Position numbers and translations under genes: made by a program. From Gonapodya sp. JEL0774 (Eukaryota), in the NCBI GenBank assembly GCA_027604505.1, contig JADIIX010000001.1, positions 620,001 through 673,668 of the forward strand: 53,668 nt of DNA. The letters are read 5' to 3'. This document shows, in pieces, positions 25,066 through 37,327 of this stretch. Positions within the stretch are counted from its first letter, which is position 1. Each line of letters starts with the position of its first letter. Below the pieces are notes generated by a model, which did not search any database, was not told the origin of the DNA, and saw only the letters and a program-made list of their open reading frames with translations.

Positions 25066-26967
25066 TCAGAAGTGAGATTGAAGCGTTCCGGAGGAGATTG
25101 CCTCGTCCCGGACCTGCAACAAGAAGTGAGAGAACGCGGTGCAAACAGCACCCTCATCAAATTTGCCGTCCGGGAGCATTGGAATATGGTAACCCATTTT
25201 GACAAGCGCGGCGGATATGAGATTTAGGTTCAAGAGTGCATCAAAGTTTACTCCGTCGGGGTTGTCGACTGAGTTGGGAGTCACGTCACACCCAGTACTG
25301 CCTTCCATCGGCTGCACCACGTAGTGAACAGATGGAGTGGAGAAATTGCCCAGGCAGATCTGAGAAAGATGCCGCGAGATAGGGAGTACCGAATGTGCGA
25401 CCAGAATGCGAGGACACTCGTGTTTAGCACGCCGAGCGTAAAGCCAAGACAGTGCACAACAGAATCAAGAGTCCAGTTCACAAAGTGTCTCGCCGCCAGC
25501 AGCACATCCAGTAATCCCAAGTGTTCCTTGGACATCTCGACAGAATTAAACTCACCTCAGTTGAAGGGCTATCCATGGAGCAGTCAACAACAGGATGCTT
25601 GGAGCTGCTATGTGGACTTTCAGCATATTTGGTCGAGTTCGCCTTTGGTTCCTTGATAGATACGTTGAACCGGAAAGCATAGTCAAAACACAACGGACCC
25701 ACAAACCTGTTCGTTGCTGTTGTCTGCATCAAACGCCCCCTGTTCATCTTTTCCTTCCTCCACTTCACCCCCTTCATCCTCTTCATCACCCCATTCCTCA
25801 TTTTCAACATTCGACTTAACCTCTTCATCGCTGCATTCCTCCTCTTCAACTTTCGACTCCTCCTCTTCATCGCCCCATTCCTCCTCTTCATCGTTCCAAT
25901 CTTCCATCTCATTCCCTTTCACTAGCTCAATGCAGGGCGCTGCGTAATTGTCCGACGCCCAATCAGCAGCCGACACCAAGTCACCGACGTCCGCATCCAC
26001 ATCCTCGAGCGATTCGCAGTCGAAGTCCGATTCATGCGTGTCGGCGCTCCGGTAATCAATTGCCGAGTCAAATACTATTACCTCACGTGCGAGCACATCA
26101 TCCCTGTCCAGGTCCCACCCATCTGGCACGCGATAGATTCTGGGAACAACACCATCCGCGTAAGAACCGACGGCCCGAATGAGAGCATGGCGGAGACGTT
26201 GAAGTTTGAATATTGAGTACGAGGAGTAATCGATGGCCCGACGGCGCATCACTCCCTTCTCGAAGCCTCCTCTGATTTGACAAAGGCGGGCAAGCTGGCG
26301 CAAATCTCTCTCCTTCTTGGCTTCGTCATGCAGCAATGATCGAAGATAGGATGGAACCGGACGCCTGGTACCCTGCTCCGGCAACGCACAACGAGGAGAA
26401 GGACGCTTTCCCGCAGAGTGACAACGACGAGGGAAGCGGGCAAGCCGAGGTCCAGGGCAAGAGCAGCGAGAAGCAGATGCTAACGACGAGAGCGTGCAGC
26501 CACGAAAAGCGAGAGATTACAACGACGAGTTTCAGAGTGAAGTGAAGTGTTGGGTCACCAACACCACCACACATTAACCACACGGAATGCAAACACAAAC
26601 CTTTTGTACATGATAACGACACAGTTCGAGGACTGACAACGCCGTTCTCATCGACCGCATGCTGATAAGTACTGGCGGTGGAGAGCGCCCCGACATGAAG
26701 GTTGGCACACTGGTCTTCGCCACTGCCTGCAGCTACCGACACCGCCGCCGCCGCACCGGTTGCCTCTCCACCATGCATGTTGTTGACAGCAGTGAACACC
26801 GACTGGGACAGGGGGGAAGCGCGGAATGTCGGTTTTGAGAATTTGGATGCATATGGACAGTAGCGATGGATTTGGCGGATGCCGGCAGAAGATGGGGCGG
26901 CGAGTCGGGAGGAAGAGTGAAGGCGCGAACGCGGTGGAGTCTCGAAAGTGACTGCGGGTAATTCCAT
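25066..26967 (-). CDS. Orphan protein, paralog B (inverted copy of A)
   Basis: Exon 1 is nearly identical to A (MELPAVTFETPPRSRLHSSSRL...). Same intron position, PRIYRVPDGW, acidic tract and last exon LVKMGYHIPMLPDG. Confidence 0.7.
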
Positions 26968-27230
26968 TGAAGGTTGAACCGATGGCTGTGGTCGACCAAA
27001 GATGAAGACAATTATTTGTGGTACCACAAATAGAGTTCTGTGGAAAGAATTCTGAAGGGGTGGGTTTATATACTCTGAGTTGTGTGGCACAGCACACGGA
27101 AACCACGTGACACAACGCATTGATCCTCAGTTTGTCTCCATATTTGTGACTTCAATCGACCCGTAAAATTAATCCGTTGCCCCAAGCAAGTCGACAAAGA
27201 TACAAAGATTGGTGGGCGAAAGCGCAGAGG
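26523..27230 (-). repeat. Right copy of ~0.7 kb inverted repeat
   Basis: Reverse complement of ~10055-10748, including TATA (27065-27072) and CACGTG (27104-27109). Confidence 0.95.
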
Positions 27231-27391
27231 TTGGAAGTCCATTGGGATGTCAGAAAATACAGTGTCAAGCATATTATCGCAAACATGTTCCGCAGTGAAA
27301 CTTCGTCTCATTCCCAACAGGTCATACAATTTTTCTTACAATGATTGACTGTGTCTGGCAGGACGGATTCGCCGTCAAATAAATCAAACAA

Positions 27392-29627
27392 TTATAATTT
27401 GGCACCCGTTACGGTGCTCGGCTCTGGAGCAACTTGAACCATTAACTTGCCAGTGTTCCCACCGGTCCAGAGCATGTTCAGAGCGGATGGTGCGTTCTGA
27501 AGTCTGGATGAGTAAACCCCGTGGAAGAATGGTCAGAAGTGAAAGGAATCTTCGTGAATCCAGTGCCATGAACAAGCTCCTTCTGCAAACTTACCCGTCC
27601 ACAGCTGTCACCGCACTTTCAACCTTACCCTCTCTGACCCATTGTGCAAGCTGTCGACGCCACTCAGGAAATTTGTGGGTCCAATAAACGACCTAAGGGT
27701 AATAGGTTGAGTTTGCACGACGGGTTTCGACATGTCCTGTTCACTTCCAATAATACGACGAAGAACAGGGATCTGCACTCACAATGAAACCATGCATCCG
27801 TGCTTGGGCCACAACAAGGCGCATGTAGTTACGTGGGCCCGTTGCAGTTGCGATATCGTTGTCTTTGAAATAACCCGATATGTCAGAGGATGGTCGAAAG
27901 TGAACTTTTCCGAACGTGCGACAGCATTACCAACAGGTCGCGATGGCTCCACAGAGTACAACACAAGCATCACGGGCGAGGTTCTCCAGACACGCCTCGA
28001 GGATCTCCCCACCTCTTTTGAAAGATACGAAGTGTGAACTAGTTTCTCGACAGTGGATATCGACGGGTGCCGTGAGAACTTACACACTGACATTCGGGTC
28101 AAAGAGGGTATGATTAGAATAGATAAAATCCAAACATATGTAAGTCGACAAGGTAGATGTGTTTCAATGTCACCTTTGCCTGCAGCCACACCTACTTGTC
28201 AAAGTACTCGTCGATTCCCTTCGGCCCCACTGCTGCCGTCAGTTCTTTAGCGAACGTTCTGGATTTATCTGTAGTGCGCCCGGACGTAACGTCACAACAA
28301 TTTCGAGTGGGGCGATGTAACAGAATTTGACCGAGAAGGAAGTTCTGTGATAAATGACCTGTGCGGCGGCGCAGATAAACAAACCCTTCATTCAACCCAC
28401 AGTTCAGCACCACATCCAGTCCCACAGATGATTGGAGCCACTTGCACTTGTCTATTGACACAAAACGATGAGACGCGGTGGTGAGGTGCAGGTCGAAGTC
28501 ACCTTGGACAGATTCTTCCTTACACACCGTCACTTCCTGCAATGCCGATAACACGACATCCTAGAACACGCTTGTATATCATGGCCGCAACGGATCCGGT
28601 GGCACCCTAGTGTCTCGACAACGCAGTCCAGCGAGAGACGATGCGCAGTAAGAAGTATCCAAGGGCGGGCCCGAGTGGACGATGACCATCAGCAAACGAG
28701 CGCCCGAGGACAATAAGGCATGAGAACCCACCGCTGCGCCCGACACCACAACGGTAGACTTGGGACCGAGTTGGCCTTGCTTGGCTTTCCCAATCTCGAA
28801 GATCCCACACATGGCTGTCAACTGAGATAGGCGAGAGCGTTTAAGCATCGATTTGGGTGTCCGAAATCATATTTCACACACGGGGGCGGTGAAAATTGAT
28901 TCTGAAAGAGACTCGCGTCCTGAAGACTGCTATCAGTCTGAACTTCCTTCCACTGTCTGTCTCTCATTCGTTTTCTTGAACTTGTTCGAAGCTTATATAC
29001 ACTCACTCCTGTAATTCCAAGAAGTGCGATCGTGTCTTTGAGGCCCACGCCAACTTCCTTCTCGAACTTTGTGACCTGCTTCGCGTTCTCAACCGAGTAC
29101 TCCTGCCAACCTCCGCTAGACTGGACAGCATCGCCAGGTGCGAAGCCGGGGTGACGTGACTCAATAACGATACCAGACGTCCAGCAACGCATGACTTGTC
29201 CAGGTTGAAGGGGTGCGATGTACGAGCGTTTGTCGGGACTCATCCAACTGATGTGGCACCAGTGCGAGTCGATTGGAAATGAATTGGAGTCGCGAACGCA
29301 CATAAAAGTCAGTGGAAATGGCGAAATGTGAGACTATGAGTTAGAGTCGTGCTGTATGGAATGAATTACCCGCGCATCGTAGGATCTGAATCATTTGAAT
29401 CGGAGCATCAGGAAAGGAGCCTCACGTTGCGACTCGGTTTCGAACTGCCATAGCTTACCTAGAGACAGATAGATGTTCTTGATTAACAGTTCACCATCCT
29501 TTAGATCCCGTTTGAGTGGTCGTTCCACCAACTGGAAGGTTTTCGCAGGGTCTGGAATTCCTGCACCAGGCCTCTTGGCGAACAGTACCTGCTTTTGAGT
29601 AGAAGGAAGCGTACTGGAGAGGGACAT
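27392..29627 (-). CDS. NADP-dependent MDR oxidoreductase (prostaglandin reductase/alkenal reductase-like) with PTS1 (AKL)
   Basis: Spliced NIYLSL|DPTMRG|WMS..SYIAP, GWQEYSV, LGITG|LTA, VVVSGAA|GATGSVA, GCRVIGIAGS, GIDEYFD, GFI, G|LQNAPSALNMLWTGGNTGKLMVQV...GAKL*. Confidence 0.92.
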
Positions 29628-30437
29628 CTTAGTTTGAGTTTTCGAAGTTGAGAATAACTCGGCTCGGAAGGTGCGTGTGGCCGATTTACCTCAGTTGGGT
29701 AGTGCACTCCGACAAACTGGGACCTGGGCTTGCAAGAATGGAACAAGTTAGTTATATGTAATACCCCTTATTCGCCGGAGCAACAATATTTGTTAGTCTG
29801 AATTTCCCATTTGTATTCCGAAATCAATGGTGTGCGAGTGGTGTCGAGTATTATATGGCATGCGTGAGCGAGCAACTAACATGTCTCAAATAGCAGAGAA
29901 AGCAACATAGAGGAAATCCACACAGACATTTCAGAAGGGACGGTTGAGACTTCCGTCGATGTGGTTCTCGTTATGTTCCGGCACACCACCGAGGATGAGT
30001 GGGGCCCGAAGGAAGAACGTTAGAGAGTTCATTTGCGGCCACGGCCACGGCCTACGACAGGACTGTGGTGCCACACGAGAGCGAGCACGAGATCGGTTTG
30101 AGAATGAGTGATAAAGCATCGAAAAGTAGAGAACAAACAGGAACGGTGGAGACCTGCTGCTGGACCGCATTTAATCGGCTCATTACCGTAGTATCAACCA
30201 TTCAGCACTTGATTTCGTCTTAGCGATATTGTGATGTTTGGGAAATGCAAGCTTTCATGATCCATGAAGGCCGCCGAAGTATAAAACGAATACATATTAC
30301 TTTTGGAGATCAGGGGCATGAGGAGGGGTTGGGTCAGTCGCTATTCGATCGAGGGGTGCCTGTTTCCCTAACCATGCACCTTCGCAGAGGATATCAAATA
30401 CCTTCCGCTCTCACGAGACAATTGCCGAGAGACCATA

Positions 30438-33317
30438 ATGCAAACTCAATCGCAGCAGCGGAAGACATCGTCACCATCCACAGGTAGTATTGAGCTCCGT
30501 GCACCTCTCATTGTGGGACGTGGAGGACGTTTTAGCAACCATAACCTTTTCTCATCATCCCCGCCCCCATCACGGGCAATCCCCAACGTTCTCAATACAT
30601 ACTAGTAATTCAATCACCTCTACAAGAACATCACAACAAATCCATTGATTCCTCATCCACGGCCGTGGGTGCAATACTTACAAAACAACTGCCGTGGTAC
30701 GCCTTCCGATTACGGACTGCAATAATAATTATGGTAGTCTTTGAGTGAGTTATGATCGCTCGGTGTTGGGAACAGACGGTAGTGGGGCTTGATACTAATC
30801 AGTCATCCCGAAATCCAGAGTAGCTGTTGTAGCTGTTATCTTGACAGTACTCAATTACACTTCTACGAGAGCCTCAAATTCTGATGCTATCTCTCTAGGT
30901 GACTTTCTCTCGAAGAAACTTGTAACAGTTTCAGTTTGCACTCCCTCTACCATTGTGACGCAGGTACGACAACCATAACTGCTCTTGCAAACCAACTGCA
31001 AAGAGATGCCTCTAAAGAAATCAGGACCAGTATGGGTGCGTGATCGGCAAATTTGCAAGTTTGCTGTGCAGATAGCGGTGACCCGTGTTGATCCAACGCA
31101 GACACTTACTTGAAAAGACTCTCTGTACTCGCGAACAGCACATCTACTCTAGTTTACAACGGAATTGTTGACGTAACTGATTATGAGTGCGTTTTTCTCT
31201 GATCCACGTGAGTTTCTACAGGAACTCTCCTTCACACGTTATTTCCGCAGTACAATTGTGCCATTGATGAAAGACAACTACATTGGAGCAAATGTTACTG
31301 TTGCGACATGGTATTTCTGGATCAACTCCACGTTGGAGTCTGTGGGAATTGGAGCGATAACACCAGCCTTGTTCGGGAATTTATGTGAGGTTTGATTGTA
31401 CTCGAGAATTGTTGGAAGCAACTCGGTGAATCGTTTCATTGATAGATTTTTTTCACTATTAAATTTACTTTCGTTAGCTGCATACGGCCTTGGTGCGTTT
31501 ATCCGACCTGTTTGGCGTGCTAGCCCTCGTGAAGACACCTTCCCGCAACGAACTCATCTGAATTCTGTGAAATCTAGTGTATGACCCTAACGTTCCTCTC
31601 TTCCAGGTTCAATATTACGCCACCAACAAGACATGCAAAAGATTCTGCCCCGTTAACAGCACGAACACCAAGCAAACTTCTTGGCTTTACAATACTTCGT
31701 CGGATTCAGCCACAAAGTTGCTCTCCACGGTGAATAAAAAGCAAGCCATTTTTTTGGACGCCTATTGAGGAATTGGCCCTTTTTTGCTCAAATAGTCGAC
31801 CACTGCGTTCAAGGCATGGACCCGACCGTGGTACGTGGACCGGCTTCCCTTGGGTCAAATTTTTGTTTCTGCACCCTTCACTGCCGTATCAAAAGTAGGT
31901 GCTCGTTCGAGTTTTCTCTGGAAGTCTTCACATCCCAAGTATATTCGTAAACATAAGGGAAACGCTCCACCACGAGTTTACCAGGCCATCGTTTTCTCAC
32001 TATGGAGCAAAAATGGAACGTTTATAGGAGAGGGTCCCATCAATTTCGGAACACACGATTTGTGCAGCGTTTTGGACAACCTGAAGGCCACAACCACGCC
32101 CAATTCGTTCTTTTACATAATGACACCCAATGCTGAGGTTCTTGCAATGACTGGAGCTGGCGATGATCAAACTGTAGGTCTTGCTTGTTCTTTCTCAATT
32201 TTGCAGCTGTCCGGGAGTTACTCGTCAAATTGCTTCCGTGATAGCCACTATTAAAGTATTCCGCTGCCACAAACGGCATGGTTCTCAACACTATCTGGGA
32301 TTATAATGTTTCTGCTTACTCATTACTCAACGTGTCTGCGGCGACTATATATGCTTACGCTGCTGCCGACTTGTCAACCAACTTTAAAGACACCGAGTTT
32401 ACCGTGGAGGATTTCATGTTTCAGGTCACATCATACACCTTCGCGAATTACAAGTGGATTATTGTGAGTGGTGCGGTAAGTGTGGCCTGGGTTTCTACAA
32501 AATTATAAGTAAGACAGCGCAAGAAGGACTCAGCGTTGTTTCTAAATGTTTTAAATGTCACCTAGCCATCGTCAGATTACCTCGGAGACACGTTGATACT
32601 TCAAAAAAGTCTTGCTGATCGTCTATGGAGCGTTCAAAGAACAATTATAATTATCGGTAAGCTGCGAGGTAACAAGGTGATGGATTCACGACACTGATCG
32701 ACTTCTTCTCCCCACGTTAGCTGTTGTTATTGTCGCTGGGATGAGTGCTATATCAGTCTTATTCACTGAAATTTTTATCTCCAAGCCCCTCTGCTTCATT
32801 CTTGAAGTGATCGCAAAAGGTGAGAATCACACCAATTATTTCGTTGTCGACATGTGACTGAGGAGAGTCCCTGTCATTATGGAAAAGCGACGAAATTTGA
32901 CTTCACGGCTCTTAGAGACGGTGAACTCAAGAAACGGATATCTGTAATTACTGAAGTGTATGTGTTGCAGGCAAGTGTCATTGGTTTTGTGAAGGGCACC
33001 AGAAGATTGAGGATGTCACTCACCTTGCCGTGGCTCCCGATCTCTGCAGAATCGATTTCTAATTATGATGCACACTTTTGCGGATGCCCTGCAGAGTAAG
33101 TTTTGACTGGAATGCACATCAAGAGCGTACGAGCTCAACCGCCTTAATAGAGAACAAGGCACTCGTAGCCAAACCAAAATCTCGAAGCGTATCCAACACA
33201 GAGACAGCCAAGGTTCAGAACAGTATGACAGGACCACAACCCAGCTTACCTCCTCGAGCTCAGCTGGAGAAAGTGAACGAGGGTGAATCTGTACTAGGAA
33301 AGTTCGATGAATACTGA
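30438..33317 (+). CDS. Membrane sensor-like protein: TM, extracellular Cache-like domain, TM, HAMP-like segment, short tail (multi-exon)
   Basis: TM1 RTAIIIMVVFEVAVVAVILTVL. Cache-like signatures FKAWTRPW(Y), NGTFIG, TPNSFFYIM..EVLA and YKWIIVSGAPSSDYLG. TM2 IIIIAVVIVAGMSAISVLF, then ISKPL..I...AKATKFDF..SVITEV..LQ..F..M (HAMP-like) and ALQKNKAL. Confidence 0.65.
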
Positions 33318-33472
33318 GAAATTACAAGTCACTTGTCGGGTTTGGAGAAGGGTGAAAGAAAATACCACCCTGCCAAAGATCCGTGCTGGAGGATCTGTTG
33401 TCCTCGAGTGCAATTAATATTTGTAAATTTTCTATCTAATGATATGACACCCAAATGCCAGGGCTCTAGTGA

Positions 33473-36400
33473 TCATGGTTGTGCTCCATCAATGACGTCC
33501 TTGTAGCGGAGGTCTGGTAATGGAGGTAAGCAACCACCAGAAACAAGCACCCAAAGAGAGATCTGAAACACTCACAAAAATTGACAAAAAGGCAAATAAA
33601 CAAGCACACTACCAGTGCGGCAGGTCCTACGCGATCGTCGTACGGGCTTGCGTCCCGGGACTGGATCTTGTGAAGCCGCCAGATGTAGATGCCGCAAGCA
33701 TACCACATGATGGCCAGCGTCACCACGGTGAATAGCATGCCTTGACATTTAATAAAAAAGTTGAATTTACCGGCGAGCTGCGTGACCTTCTTTCAGCTGT
33801 TCGTAACACTCACCCATCGTCTGACCAACGGGATCACCGAAATTGAGCAAGCCGAGCGCCAAGCCACCAATGACGGTAGACTAAATGCAGACGACACCTT
33901 AGATCAGATTTCAAATTCGTACATCAAACTCGCAAACCTTACTCACGAACGACAGCCAATCCAGCAAAGTTCGTTCATTTGCAAAATACACCTTTGGTTC
34001 AATTCTCACTGGAATTGCAACCCTCTTCGGCCCGGTCGAAGCTTTGCCCAACACTGGTCTGCGGATCACCTCATCGGCAGTCGGCACCAGCCCGACAGCC
34101 TTACCCATTTCCCCCAACCACTGCTCGACAGACCAAGGAGCATTCGGGGCATGGACGGCCCCATTATGCGGCGCTGCAGTTCCCGAGCTGGGTTTGGACG
34201 TCTCGGTTGAAGAAATCGTTCTGCTGTGTTCCTCGTCACTTTCATCGTCCTCCTCCGCTTCTTCATCCAGCTCGTCGTCCTCATCATCGTCGTCCCGGTC
34301 GGCTCTCCAAGTATTGTGCTCATCCTCCGCGGCGGGGGGACCCAAAACCGCGCCGGACGGATGCCGGATGTCGATGTTCTGGAGTGCCGTTGCCCAAAAA
34401 GGAAGAACAGCACATTTGGAGGGAATGAGTTGCGAAATACCGTGAACGTACTTCGAGAACGAAGGGGTTTCGAGCACCTTTTGGGCGTTCGGAAGGGCAG
34501 ACCGGTCACATGATACAACAATAAAGCCATTCTCCACATCCCCGGTCCGTAACTCACCAACCCTGTGTTGAGGAGACCTCTAACCCATTCTGGTGGGTGA
34601 CCTCCCACGGGATACACAACTCGAATTTCCAATACACCCGGAGCAAATTTAACTGCCTCGTTCTGGTCAACCAAGTCCTGATAAGGCCACGCTGCGTCCT
34701 TCCGAATCCACCCTTTACCTGCTCGTTCTTTCCCACCAAAGTCATCCTCCCTAACCATTTTAATCTCTGTATCTAAACTTGCAACAACGTTTTCCTGCCC
34801 GGGCACTTGAAAAGCAGTCCGTTTGTACGCCGTCCGCAACACGGGTCTCAACCTCCTCTTCAGAATGGCGTCTTGTACTCTCCGTGAGGTTCGCTCCAAC
34901 TCATCCAACTCTTTGGTAGTACCATGTGTTCCATTCTTTCGCCACTTATCAATTTTGGGCGTATACGACCAACTCCCATCCAAGAACCCCACCAAATACT
35001 TCTCTTTGACAGAAAATCGATATCGTACCGGCATATCTCTCCGTACTGTATCCCCACTTTCCTGCAGCTCTACGGTAACCTCCTGATGCGGTTGTGGGGG
35101 TTTCTGTCCGACCCACTTTATTCGGACCACTTGGACAGCCGGTATGTTGGCCGCCAAGTCGTTGTATGTGGAACAATCGTCATCGTCAAAGTAAACAGTG
35201 AGGACAGACGTGTCGATATCATCAGAGCGTGATTTGTCGGTAAAGATAAGGACTGGAAGATGTCGAAGGATGTGGACTTTTAAATTTGGAATATTGTCTG
35301 GGTGAGGGCGAACGAACAAGAGGGTTGAATTGCGTTTGTACCAATTCGAGAAAGATTCGAGACCGACGAAAATGCGAGATGGATTGTCAATATCATTTCT
35401 TCACCATGACTGAACGGAGTTTTGTCTTCACCAAACTCACTTTGGTGCACCCAATACTTAAACGTCTTCTTAACCACCCCCTCACTTGGTTCCTCCACCT
35501 GCAGCGTCGCCAAGGATTTCTCGACGTGACCCTCTCTTGGAATGCCGATATGTTGTGCCACCCCAAGTCCGAGCGGCCGTTGAGGCGTTGCGCTTCCAAT
35601 TGTTCTACCTCCGTTCCGCAGAGTGTTCCACTGATCAAAACAGCGCGAGAGGTCAACGAGCTCGACCCGCAATTCATCGGAGGACCATCCGGTGGAAGCA
35701 AGACGGAGTTGATATGTGGATGTGATTTTGTAGTTGGAAAGTTTATCGTGCTTTTTGAGAATCTGTGGTGGTAGTGGAACAAGTTCAACTATAAAGGACT
35801 CAACACGAGAACACAATGGTCACAGACAACCCCTGAGTTCTCATCAACCCTTCGCCCCACTACACCAACGCATATTCAATCTCCTCAAAACGCAACATCA
35901 TCTCCGAGGACATACCTTCAAGACCCCTGTATAATTAAGCCTCGTAAACAATCCCAATCTTCGTGCTTCCTCTGCGGTGGCGTCCAGCTCCCCCTGGACA
36001 TCCGCAATGGTACGGAAATCTGGGGGCACTGGGCTGGACGCAACGAGGTCGATAAGGTGGTCAAGGCGGGTGCGAAGGAGACCTTTGTGGGTTAGGTATG
36101 TAGAAGTGATCTGAGGATGGTGGAACAGGGAAAGTAAAGTTCAGATGTTGCGTAGATGGGTTCTCGGAAAGTGCGGGAATTGGTGCGTCAGTGCTCCAGA
36201 AACAAAAAAGCAAAAGAAGATCCGCACTCCACAATTTCGCACGAAATCACCCGCAGCTCATATCCATGCCGACACTATCTGAACATTGTGTGGGTCCCCA
36301 TGTCCCCAGTCACTTACACCTCGACGACACATGTCTCGATGGTTCCGCCTGAGTGCATATTCTGTCACTTGTTGTGCCACATCCTATAATTCATCTCTGT

Positions 36401-37327
36401 GTCCAGCCAGCTTCCCTAACACGCAAACACACCTTCTCTAGTTCCTTATCCAACTCCTCGATAAACGCCTGATCCTCTTCTGGTTCTAGCGGAGTTCGGG
36501 CATTTTTCTTCTTTGACGCATTGACAGCCTGTGCAGCGGAGGACTCTTCTTCGTCATCCGAGACGGGATCCTCCTTGAGGAGGGTTTTCAGGTGGGTGTA
36601 GTTGCTGGACAAGGGACAGAAGGATAGCACGAGATGAGAAACAATTCCGTCGGTGATATCCAGCGACAAAAAGAGAATATTTAAGATGACGGCCAAAATT
36701 TGCCTTGCAAGCTCGCCCAAACGTCCATGAAGATGGCGCAGATGTCAATTACCGAGCAATCAATCAATTTTCAACGGAAGAGAGTATCAACGACAGAGCA
36801 ATTCCGGTTTCAAGTGAGGTCAAAGCTTCACGTTCCACCTAAATTTTCCAATTTGTGAGGTCGAGAATGCTGTCTTTGGGCAACTAGACAAGGTTTAGAG
36901 CCCTTGGTGTCACCAATTCGCAGTGATGAGCTCCAAGGCATCCGCGAGCACAAATTGGTCAACTCATCTGCTTTCTGGACACGCTTTTCGCAATAATGCA
37001 AGATTATTCCCAAGGTTGTTGGCCCGACAAAGGTTCTAACTTGTCGTTGCGGCGTGATGTAACTCGCGGACTTTGCCAGCACCAACATCCACTTGCGGCA
37101 AAGAAAACACCATCCTGTCTGGATTTCGTTACTTTCACCATCCTTCGATGCCTTTTGATCTCCGCAGTCGCGCCTGACGGACTTTTGCTCGCAAACTAGT
37201 CCTCTTGACAATGAACAACAGCTGCCCCCACCCCCCTGCTTTCTTCCAGAAGGCCATCTCACATGTAGTATTGCGCCCATGTAGGCGTGTTCTGTATCTC
37301 CTCTTCGAGTTCCTTCCCAAACTTCAT
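33473..37327 (-). CDS. Vacuolar transporter chaperone (VTC) subunit, SPX-VTC-DUF202 (Vtc4/Vtc2-like; multi-exon)
   Basis: SPX start MKFGKELEEEIQNTPTWAQYY|INYTHLKTLLK (intron 37262-36605) and LNYTGVLK|ILKKHDK. VTC domain KKTFKYWVH|PDNIPNLKVHILRHLPVLIF, LRTAYKRTAFQVPG, SLDTEI, FSKYVHG. DUF202 IPVRIEPKVYFANERTLLDWL with TMs and PYDDRVGP. Confidence 0.92.

Noticed and set aside
10055..27230. Inverted repeats as terminal inverted repeats of a DNA transposon
   Set aside because: The arms are promoter+exon 1 of paralogous genes, no transposase is visible inside, and I saw no target-site duplication. Kept only as an inversion/gene-conversion hypothesis.
36660..36720. ANFGRHLKYSLF on the minus strand, resembling an SPX N-terminus (MKFG..L)
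   Set aside because: It has no in-frame ATG or splice link. The true start MKFGKEL lies at 37327 and splices in phase to 36604, placing this inside intron 1.
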